This document shows, piece by piece, positions 1 to 8,076 of a DNA stretch of 64,000 nt. The number at the start of each line of letters is the position of its first letter. The stretch's first letter is position 1. The notes below the pieces were generated by a model, which worked only from the letters and a program-made list of their open reading frames with translations, made no database searches and had not been told where the DNA came from. The DNA lies in the IMG/VR virus record IMGVR_UViG_3300042482_000702, positions 62,001-126,000 of that record; one strand, given 5' to 3'. The position numbers and the translations under genes were made by a program.

Positions 1-176
1 AATTTTTCTTTAATTTTATCTTCTGTTAATCCTTTCATATACCATTTATAAACTTTAGATGATATTTTATCCGACAGAATTAACATATCCGATTTAAACA
101 ACAAAGTTAAACCTAAATTATTATTAAAACAATTTTTTACCGATTTTTTATCAATTATTTTTTTGTTAAATCCCAT
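1..176 (-). CDS. Hypothetical protein, runs off the window (MGFNKKIIDKKSVKNC...)
   Basis: ATG at 176-174 overlaps the upstream TAA (TAATG coupling); frame open to position 1; not in ORF track. Confidence 0.6.
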   Translation of the reverse strand, partial: MGFNKKIIDKKSVKNCFNNNLGLTLLFKSDMLILSDKISSKVYKWYMKGLTEDKIKEK

Positions 177-946
177 TAAGACAATAATCTTTTATTTTGT
201 TTTCCACTTTGATTTATATATGCTAATATTTTCCTTTTAAAGATTGGTATTAATGTTTCCTCTAATGGAAAAATATCACTACAAAAAACTTCAAATAATG
301 GATGTGATTCTTCATTATTCTTTTCATAAGTTTTAGAAAATTTAGATATAATTTGGGGAATTGTCAAATCGTCTTGGACTCCTTCATAAACTAATTTTAA
401 CGATGTTTTAGTTTGGTTTTTTGTTTTGTAAATTTTTCTTGTAGTATATTGCCAAATATATAATTTATCCGGTAATTTGTAGTAAAAAAACCCTGACTTG
501 TTTGATAAATTATTTTTGTTTTTTTTCACAACAACATCTATGGAATCATAAACAATACTCCAAATAGATTTTGCAAAATTAAAATAGTCGTATAATTGGG
601 GTTGGCTATTTTTTAAAATTTTTCGGTATTCAATTACCTCTTCATCCGCTAGCACGGGAATATCTTTAACTTTTAAATCTGAAAAAATTAATTCATCATC
701 TTTTGATGATAATTTTCTATCAATATAAAGTATTTTGTTTTGAGTTAATAAAGTTTGCATATTACCCAAATGTAATGAAAGCTCAATAAACATTGGGTAA
801 ACCTCCATTTTCTCTAGATGTTTATTCATCTTTTGAAAATAGTCTAATAAAACATATTGTTTCTGTTCCGCGTCAAGGACACCATCGAATAACCAATCGG
901 TATTCATTATAAATGATGTCTTTTTATTTTTTTGTTTCTTTTCCAT
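176..946 (-). CDS. Hypothetical phage protein (256 aa)
   Basis: Long ORF in the operon direction; no motif recognised. Confidence 0.75.
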   Translation of the reverse strand: MEKKQKNKKTSFIMNTDWLFDGVLDAEQKQYVLLDYFQKMNKHLEKMEVYPMFIELSLHLGNMQTLLTQNKILYIDRKLSSKDDELIFSDLKVKDIPVLADEEVIEYRKILKNSQPQLYDYFNFAKSIWSIVYDSIDVVVKKNKNNLSNKSGFFYYKLPDKLYIWQYTTRKIYKTKNQTKTSLKLVYEGVQDDLTIPQIISKFSKTYEKNNEESHPLFEVFCSDIFPLEETLIPIFKRKILAYINQSGKQNKRLLS

Positions 947-995
947 ATATTATTATATTAATTATATGAAAATATATTAAAGAAATGAATAGTTT

Positions 996-2354
996 TTAAT
1001 TAACTCTCATAACATAATATCTAGTATTGTTAACAACTACATCATCATATGTACCATCGTATCCATTCATCACACCCCAACCATCTTCATCAACTAATCC
1101 TTGAGCTAAAGCATCTTTATCAATATAATCCTCAATACTTAATCCAAAATCACTCATATAAGATGTAATATCATTCTCAACATCTTTTAACATTGAGTCT
1201 ACCTTATTATCAATCATATCTTGGGATGGTTCCATATCAACCTCAATATTATCTAATTCTTCTTGAAGATATTCTATGTGGTCTTGTGTTTGTTCATATT
1301 CTGTTGAATCCGAATCATCCATAATTATTAATCTTTCTTTATATTCTTCAATTTCAGATTCAAGTTGTTCTTTCCTTTCTTCTTGTTCTGAGGTTAACTC
1401 AAAATCATCATCACTAAAATAGACATCCGGTTCGTTAGCTATATCATTTTCATAAAAATCTCTAAAATAATCAAGAACCTCATCTTCATTAATATAACCA
1501 TCAATAAAACCACTTCTAAAACCCTCAACACCCATATCATCAACTAAATTTTTTGAGTATTCTAATGCCGAAGTTTCCATCTCATCTTCTGTACCAACAG
1601 AATATTCTCTACCTTTAAATCCTGGTAGTAAAACCTCAAATTGGGATAAACCATAATAACTGTAATTACCAGGGTACATATCATAAACATCCGCAACATC
1701 TTCTGTTAACCCATCAATTTCTTCTTGAATTTCCTCAATAGTATTTAATATTTCAACATTTTCATCGGGGTCACCTTCTCTATCTTTATCTTCATACTGA
1801 GCTTCAAGGTCTTCTTTCTTTTTTATTAATACCGATAATTTTTCTTTATCATCCTCATCTAAAACTTTTACATCACCCTCTTGGTCTAAATATTCTAATA
1901 ACGCTTGAGCCTTCATACCTAACTCGTCTTCTTTTTCAAGATTCCAATCATCACCATTTCTATATTCATTCATGGTTTCTTTCATCTTATTTAACTCCTC
2001 CAATTCTCGTCTTTTTTCTCGAGGTGAACCGTAATCACTAATATAACCTTTAACTTTCGTATTTGATACATCAGACACACTAGTACGACTAATATCTAAA
2101 TTTCCGTCAATATATCCAATATTACCCAATGAAGTTGTTGGTGTATTTGCAAGATTTAAATCACCGGTTATCCATATTGGTTTTCCACCAAATTTTTTAA
2201 GATTCGTGACAGAATTACCGTTGTAACTAGTTAAAACCATTAAGTCCGTATATTCTTTAGGCGTCATTTTATAATAATCATCCTCAACTTGTTCAACAAT
2301 TGTTTTAATAAAACGATATAACCCTTCTTCCGTAAGTCTAATTTTTCTACTCAT
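996..2354 (-). CDS. Acidic protein with head-targeting-like leader and short LRR-like repeats
   Basis: N-term RKIRLTEEGLYRFIKTIVEQ; GDLNLANTPTTSL / GNLDISRTSVSDV repeats; very D/E-rich. Confidence 0.65.
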   Translation of the reverse strand: MSRKIRLTEEGLYRFIKTIVEQVEDDYYKMTPKEYTDLMVLTSYNGNSVTNLKKFGGKPIWITGDLNLANTPTTSLGNIGYIDGNLDISRTSVSDVSNTKVKGYISDYGSPREKRRELEELNKMKETMNEYRNGDDWNLEKEDELGMKAQALLEYLDQEGDVKVLDEDDKEKLSVLIKKKEDLEAQYEDKDREGDPDENVEILNTIEEIQEEIDGLTEDVADVYDMYPGNYSYYGLSQFEVLLPGFKGREYSVGTEDEMETSALEYSKNLVDDMGVEGFRSGFIDGYINEDEVLDYFRDFYENDIANEPDVYFSDDDFELTSEQEERKEQLESEIEEYKERLIIMDDSDSTEYEQTQDHIEYLQEELDNIEVDMEPSQDMIDNKVDSMLKDVENDITSYMSDFGLSIEDYIDKDALAQGLVDEDGWGVMNGYDGTYDDVVVNNTRYYVMRVN

Positions 2355-2443
2355 AATAATAAATATGTAAAATTAAAAAAAAATCTTTACATATTACCAT
2401 TATAACAGATATTTATTGATATAAACATTTAAAAAAATATATC

Positions 2444-2590
2444 ATGGGATGCGGTTGCAAAGGAAATTCGAATCAAACACAAACAACACAACAAACGAGC
2501 CAGTCTCAACCTAAAGCTCCTGAGCCAAAAACTCAGCCTATACAAGAGTCAATTCGTAAAGTTGTTGAGAAATATTATAATAAAAAATAA
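2444..2590 (+). CDS. Small protein MGCGCKGNSNQ...KYYNKK (48 aa)
   Basis: Translated by hand; TATTTAT motif upstream (2410), terminator downstream; below ORF-track cutoff. Confidence 0.7.
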   Translation: MGCGCKGNSNQTQTTQQTSQSQPKAPEPKTQPIQESIRKVVEKYYNKK

Positions 2591-2612
2591 TATTTATTGT
2601 GTTAAAAATCTG

Positions 2613-2635
2613 AGGGACTTTATGTCCCTTTTTTT
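2613..2635 (+). terminator. Intrinsic terminator
   Basis: AGGGAC-tttat-GTCCCT followed by a T run. Confidence 0.7.
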
Positions 2636-2691
2636 ATTTTCTATTTAGAATTAATATAATTTTAATTATTAATTGGTATAAGTCTAAAATT

Positions 2692-3516
2692 ATGAAATAT
2701 ATTAACGAAAAATCAAACAGAGGTATTGTGAATTTATTCTCCGATTACCTATTAAAAGAATTAACTAAAGAAAATAATATTGATGCAGTTATAGAAGTAA
2801 CCGATTGTGGTAAATTTTTTATTGTTAATGGATTAACTAATTCAAATAAGATATTAGATATGACTAAATTAAAATCTTCTTTCTTGGAAGAATATAAAGA
2901 ACTATTATCTGAATTTGGTTATACACAAATAAATATTATTGATGTAATCACTTATGGTCAAGAATTAGTTAAAAAATCTGAATATACTTATAATTTTTAT
3001 GATTCAGTTAGACCAATATATTCACAATCAATCATTGATTATGTATCGAATGATACTCAAGGATTAAAATACCACTCTATTTCTGATACTAATGGTTTAA
3101 CCCTTGAATTAGATTATTCTGAAGAGAATACTAAAGATTTAACAACTTTTAATTATTCACCTTTAAACATCACATCCGAATTCCCACACGGATATAGTTT
3201 AGATATGGGTAGATTAGAATTTTATTATTCAGAATATATTGCCAATCACTTATTTTGTCATTCAATCACCGATAAAATACAATTCAAATATTCTAACATT
3301 AAAAATAATGATGACGATTACATGATTAACATTAATACAACATCTGTCCATAATAATGAATCTATCATTTCAATGGTATTAGATGTGTTTGATTTTGATA
3401 TGTTGAAATTTAAATCTACAATAAAATCATATGATATAATTGGGGACTTAACAAAACCTTTTGATAAAAAACCTTGGTTAATAAAAGACCGTATAAAAGA
3501 TTTGGTTATATTTTAA
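2692..3516 (+). CDS. Degenerate S-adenosylmethionine synthetase (MetK)-like protein
   Basis: By-eye match to MetK N- and C-terminal segments (IVNLFSDYLL, VIEV..IVNG..LDM, EFGY, GR..YY.EYIA..L, DVFDF, KPW); catalytic motifs absent. Confidence 0.65.
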   Translation: MKYINEKSNRGIVNLFSDYLLKELTKENNIDAVIEVTDCGKFFIVNGLTNSNKILDMTKLKSSFLEEYKELLSEFGYTQINIIDVITYGQELVKKSEYTYNFYDSVRPIYSQSIIDYVSNDTQGLKYHSISDTNGLTLELDYSEENTKDLTTFNYSPLNITSEFPHGYSLDMGRLEFYYSEYIANHLFCHSITDKIQFKYSNIKNNDDDYMININTTSVHNNESIISMVLDVFDFDMLKFKSTIKSYDIIGDLTKPFDKKPWLIKDRIKDLVIF

Positions 3517-3610
3517 CTAATTAGGAAAACAGGTATCTAATTTTACAAAGACACCTTTAAGACCAACATCAGTACTGTCAGTATACCCACCATAATTATC
3601 CAATATATAA
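3517..3610 (-). pseudogene. Out-of-frame coding-like tail behind the delta-60 gene
   Basis: +1 frame after the TAA reads YILDNYGGYTDSTDVGLKGVFVKLDTCFPN*; its TAG abuts the stop of the convergent gene at 3516. Confidence 0.4.
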
Positions 3611-5041
3611 TTATTGGATACAAACCACATCTCGATAAGTTGCGATGTCAGCAGCACCATTAAAAATACCAGCAGCGTTTGCACCAGTTGTTGGTGATAA
3701 TACAGTAATATTAGTTACAGTATTAACATTATTAACAGATATTATAGGACCCATAAATAAAATATTTCCATCAGATAACGCAGAAATTTTATTTGAGGGG
3801 AACCATTCATTTGTTGGTTCGTTTCTATATGATGCAAATGTAGTCCAAGTTCCGTCATTTAAACCAGTAGTTAATACTCTAGCAATACCAGTTTTTGTAC
3901 CCACCAGAGTTCCCACCTGTGTGAATTTACCCGCAAGAATAACTTTTCCTCCTTGACCAGGTTGGTCTAACATAGAAGTAATTGGCCCATTGCACTGTGG
4001 ATACCAACTAGTGTCTAAAACACCAGCAGCACTAAGTCTAACAGGATTTAATCCTGTAGAATTAAGACTACCTACCCCAGTAAATGAAGTAGTCCCTGTG
4101 TAACCAATCATAATTCTATTATTATTGTCTAACTGCATACAGGTTATACTACCTAAACCATCATTAGTTCTCGGGAAGACTGCGACATTAGAAGATGCAA
4201 AACTAGTATCGATTACACCATTTGCAGTAAGCTTTAGGATTCCACCATATGGGTTAAGAAAATTTCCAGCAACCAATATGCTCTGTTGGTCATTAGGTTG
4301 GACTAGAACAATCTTAACTGTCCCATTTACGGAATAAAATCCACTAGAGGCAAATGAAGTATCGGTACTTCCATTAACATTTAATCTAGCAACGTATCCA
4401 GCACCAGTAGTAGTAGTGGTTGTTACGGTATTGACATACCCACCTAAAATAAGTTTACCATCTGATTGAGTATCAACTGATAGAATTGTATAAGGGAATG
4501 AAGAGGCACCAGAAAAAGTATAATCTTTACTACCATCAGGATTTAACCGAATAATTCTCTGTATTGTTACCCCATCGTATGACGTTACAGTACCTACAAC
4601 AACTATTTTACCATTAGATTGTTTAACAATTGACATTGGACCCGGAACTCCTTCAGCAGTCGGAAAAACAGACCCAAAATTAAACCCACTCCCAACATTA
4701 AAAGTTCTATCAAGACTTAAATTATTCGTTAATTTTACTATACCTACTGAAGATGACCCAGAATAATTACTGAAAGTACCAATAATAATAGGACCTTGTG
4801 AAAACACTAAACTATAATCTTGGGATGGTGATGTGCTACAAGTACCTAAAGGCACCACATACCCTCTAACTATCGAAGATGTAGTAGTATATGTGTATCC
4901 TGTCAATAATTGACCTTTAGTTATATTTGATGCTAATAGGATTGGTGTGGTACTAGTACCAGTATATCCAAATAAGTTAAATGCTGATACGGCGTATGAA
5001 GACCCCGAATATTCCGCTTGTAATGTAAATCTAATATCCAT
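3611..5041 (-). CDS. Delta-60 repeat (DUF5122-type) beta-propeller virion/adhesin protein
   Basis: Repeated Q-S-(N/D)-G-K-I/L-(V/I)..G...RLN.DG..D..F blades. Confidence 0.8.
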   Translation of the reverse strand: MDIRFTLQAEYSGSSYAVSAFNLFGYTGTSTTPILLASNITKGQLLTGYTYTTTSSIVRGYVVPLGTCSTSPSQDYSLVFSQGPIIIGTFSNYSGSSSVGIVKLTNNLSLDRTFNVGSGFNFGSVFPTAEGVPGPMSIVKQSNGKIVVVGTVTSYDGVTIQRIIRLNPDGSKDYTFSGASSFPYTILSVDTQSDGKLILGGYVNTVTTTTTTGAGYVARLNVNGSTDTSFASSGFYSVNGTVKIVLVQPNDQQSILVAGNFLNPYGGILKLTANGVIDTSFASSNVAVFPRTNDGLGSITCMQLDNNNRIMIGYTGTTSFTGVGSLNSTGLNPVRLSAAGVLDTSWYPQCNGPITSMLDQPGQGGKVILAGKFTQVGTLVGTKTGIARVLTTGLNDGTWTTFASYRNEPTNEWFPSNKISALSDGNILFMGPIISVNNVNTVTNITVLSPTTGANAAGIFNGAADIATYRDVVCIQ

Positions 5042-5070
5042 AATTATAAATATTTGTTATTTGTATAAAA

Positions 5071-5112
5071 GTTTAAGTTTAGTTGTTAATTGTTTAAGTT
5101 TAGTTGTTAATT
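5071..5112. repeat. 21-bp tandem duplication
   Basis: gtttaagtttagttgttaatt x2 (5071-5091, 5092-5112). Confidence 0.9.
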
Positions 5113-5168
5113 TGAACATCGATTCTATATTCACATGACACCGAACTCATATCCTGAATATCATATTT
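5100..5168 (-). pseudogene. In-frame orphan C-terminus KYDIQDMSSVSCEYRIDVQINN*
   Basis: Directly follows TAA 5169-5171 in the same frame; it is a copy of the internal repeat at 5808-6005. Confidence 0.8.
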
Positions 5169-8066
5169 TTATCTATAATCTTTTATTAATCTTACCGAGT
5201 AACCCCATTTCTTATTCTGCCATGACCGATTCAAATCACCACCACCATTAGTACTAAGGTTTCGGTAATAGGCTCCATTAGCATCGAACTCGAACTGTGA
5301 CGAACTCCACCAGTTACCTACTTCTCCCATAGTAGTAAACACCCCAATGTCCATTCGCTCCCCTCCTGGAAGACCTGTCCACCCACTTTCGTTAGTAGCA
5401 TTAGAATTAGGGTATTGCCAAAGTCCAGTGCCGAGTTGTTGTACTGGGTTACCTGTCGGACCCAATGGGCCCGTTCCTGTTGATTTCATTTTCCCTTTTG
5501 GACCATTTAATATAGGTGGTCCACTTAAACAGACTCCAAATGTATCCCATTCGTCATTTGTAGGAACGTGATAACCTAATGGAGCTAATCCTCTTGAATC
5601 ATTTACCGCAAACCAGTTGTATAGTTTGCCATAGATAGGTCCGTTAGATGATAAGTTTAAATAATAAGACCAAGCACCTACCCCACTGTTACCATAATTT
5701 ATCCATTCTGTATTAGTAGTTGCTTGGAATATAGTATCTCCATTTCTATAAGTAGTTACTTCGAGGTTTTTGGCTTCCCATATTAAATTGAATGGGGCAC
5801 AATTGCAACTAACGTCAATTCTATATTCACATGAATAAATAGGTGATGTCTCCTGAACATCAATTCTATATTCACACGAATAAATAGGTAATATCTCCTG
5901 AACATCAATTCTATATTCACATGCCGCCGAACTCATATCCTGAACATCAATTCTGTATTCACATGCCGCCGAACTCATATCCTGAACATCAATTCTATAG
6001 TCACAATAAGAAAAGTTTAGAGAAGCATTTAAACAACTAGGTATTTGAGATGCTCCTAAAATATTAATATTATTAATATCTCGAACATAAACCACATCAT
6101 ATGGCGGATTTTGATTAATAATATATAATTTATTTGGAGATGTGCTAGATTCAGTTATGTAAATATTTCCATTGTCTTCAAAAAGACCATAAGTTGCACA
6201 ACCAATATTTACTAGTTGAACATCAACTTCCGGAATACCACCTGTTAAATAATCCCATTGAGTTATATAACAATACCTTATAACCTCAAACTCATCCTCC
6301 ACCTCTACATAATTAAGTGCTATGAATTTATTTGTTGTTGTTTTATAAAAATCTCCAGTTATTCCAGATTGGGAAATGTTTGATATTGGCCTATTAATGA
6401 CCATTGGAAATTTAGTTGTCATAACAGGACTTCCACCTGACACATCAATCTCAACAACTTCGTCAGGATTAGTAAAAGTATTTACAGCCAAAATCACAGT
6501 ATTTGAAATTGCCGCCAAACCTGCTGATGAAGTAAAACCAACTGGAAAATCTATGAATCTAAAAAATGTTGCCGTAAATGATGGTAAGGTTATATTATAC
6601 TCAACAAATGATGTTCCGGAAATACCCCAAAGTTTACCCGTTGTTCCATTAAATGAATGAGCAATATCAACACTATTATTTGGAAAATTTGGTACTGTTA
6701 ACAGTGTTAAGGTGTTTACAGAAGCATTATAAGCATAAACATTAGAACCAGCATTAAACAATACAGCGCAAGTTGATACAACAGAATTACTAGTTTGTGT
6801 TGGTGTTTGTGTTGGGGTTTGTGTTGGTGTTTGGGTTGGTGTTGGTGTTCGAGTTGGTGTTTTAGTTGGCGATGGTGATGGACAAATCACGTCCACACAG
6901 TTATCTTTTTTACTTGAGTCTAAAATCGAAAATGACGCAACATCGTAATATGCCCCATCAAATGAAGTTATTTGTATAATATAATTGATTCCATTTTGGT
7001 TGAAGATATACCATTTTCCAACCGTTAATTCTTCACTATTACTCATATTACCACCACCATATGGGAAAGTACAATCTGAACATTGACGTAATGATATACT
7101 ATATAACCAATATGTATAAGGTTTTGTAGATGTTGGTGTTTGTGTTGGTGTTTTAGTTGGTGTTTGTGTTGGTGTTTTAGTTGGTGTTTGTGTTTGAGTT
7201 TGTGTAGGTGTTGGTGTTTTAGTCGGTGTTTGAGTTGGAGTTTGTGTTGGTGTTGGAGTTTGTGTTGGTGTTGGAGTTTGTGTTTGTGCTGGTATTCCCG
7301 AATTTGAACATATTGACAATAAAGCCCCAGCTAGACCTCCATCCCCCGAAATTGTTAATGACGTAAAATTAACCGAATTATTAATTAAAAATTTACCCCC
7401 TCCACCGGTAGCACCAGCACCTTGTCCAGATAATATTTGGTTACCTATTATTGTACTGAAACAACTTTCCGAAGACGAAATTGATGGGATTCCACTTCCC
7501 GTATTAGTAGTAAATATAAAATTCTCATTACCCCCTCCTCCTGTTGCCGTTAAGAAAACTATAATACCGTTAACTGATGCACTAAAATTCATCGTATAAG
7601 TAAAAGCTCCACTTGCACCTAAATATATTGAGTTTATAGGTGTGGTTACAGTTCCACAACTTGTATAAGCAGGTCCGTAATTTGATACACTACCTGTTCG
7701 AATATCAGTAATAACAACACCATTTATTGTTGTTGGTGGAACAACGCTGCTCACACAATTTAATATCACACTTGTTGATGTTGGAGTTGGCGTATTTGTT
7801 GGTGTTGGTGTTTTAGTTGGAGTTTGTGTTGGGGTTTGGGTAGGTGTTTTAGTTGGTGTTTGTGTATTTGTTGGTGTTAGTGTTGGTGTTTTAGTTGGTG
7901 TTTGAGTTGGTGTTTTAGTCGGTGTTTGTGTTTGAGTTTGTGTAGGTGTTTGCGTAAATTGTAATAAAACACCATTAATTCTAATGGTGTTTGGTATAGG
8001 ATTATTGTTGGCTTTTTTCATAGAAGCCAACGATACATCATCAAATTTTTTAAGTAATTGTGTCAT
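5169..8066 (-). CDS. Modular fibre/adhesin with Thr-Pro linkers and C-terminal FISUMP (Fibrobacter major paralogous, CLec-like) domain
   Basis: WEAKNLEVTTYRNGD, YGKLYNWFAV, LAPLGYHVPT.DEW, GWTGLPGG.R, WWSSS, GYSVRLIKD; TPTQTPTK linkers. Confidence 0.85.
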   Translation of the reverse strand: MTQLLKKFDDVSLASMKKANNNPIPNTIRINGVLLQFTQTPTQTQTQTPTKTPTQTPTKTPTLTPTNTQTPTKTPTQTPTQTPTKTPTPTNTPTPTSTSVILNCVSSVVPPTTINGVVITDIRTGSVSNYGPAYTSCGTVTTPINSIYLGASGAFTYTMNFSASVNGIIVFLTATGGGGNENFIFTTNTGSGIPSISSSESCFSTIIGNQILSGQGAGATGGGGKFLINNSVNFTSLTISGDGGLAGALLSICSNSGIPAQTQTPTPTQTPTPTQTPTQTPTKTPTPTQTQTQTPTKTPTQTPTKTPTQTPTSTKPYTYWLYSISLRQCSDCTFPYGGGNMSNSEELTVGKWYIFNQNGINYIIQITSFDGAYYDVASFSILDSSKKDNCVDVICPSPSPTKTPTRTPTPTQTPTQTPTQTPTQTSNSVVSTCAVLFNAGSNVYAYNASVNTLTLLTVPNFPNNSVDIAHSFNGTTGKLWGISGTSFVEYNITLPSFTATFFRFIDFPVGFTSSAGLAAISNTVILAVNTFTNPDEVVEIDVSGGSPVMTTKFPMVINRPISNISQSGITGDFYKTTTNKFIALNYVEVEDEFEVIRYCYITQWDYLTGGIPEVDVQLVNIGCATYGLFEDNGNIYITESSTSPNKLYIINQNPPYDVVYVRDINNINILGASQIPSCLNASLNFSYCDYRIDVQDMSSAACEYRIDVQDMSSAACEYRIDVQEILPIYSCEYRIDVQETSPIYSCEYRIDVSCNCAPFNLIWEAKNLEVTTYRNGDTIFQATTNTEWINYGNSGVGAWSYYLNLSSNGPIYGKLYNWFAVNDSRGLAPLGYHVPTNDEWDTFGVCLSGPPILNGPKGKMKSTGTGPLGPTGNPVQQLGTGLWQYPNSNATNESGWTGLPGGERMDIGVFTTMGEVGNWWSSSQFEFDANGAYYRNLSTNGGGDLNRSWQNKKWGYSVRLIKDYR
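5808..6005 (-). repeat. Five coding repeats C(E/D)YRIDV(Q), 42-45 bp period
   Basis: Core gaacatcaattctatattcaca near 5855, 5900, 5942, 5984, plus a variant at 5811. Confidence 0.9.
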
Positions 8067-8076
8067 TTATTTAAAT

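Noticed and set aside
5169-5330. Diversity-generating retroelement acting on the FISUMP end
   Set aside because: No reverse transcriptase and no adenine-mismatched template copy in the window; the 16921 relic differs at non-A positions. It could still lie outside the window.
5808-6005. CRISPR-like array (also considered 32670-33100 and 41408-41479)
   Set aside because: The repeats are in-frame coding units without unique spacers, and no cas genes are present.
6790-7955. TPTQTPTK arrays (also 50460-50710) as a novel DNA element
   Set aside because: Ordinary Thr/Pro coding linkers between domains.
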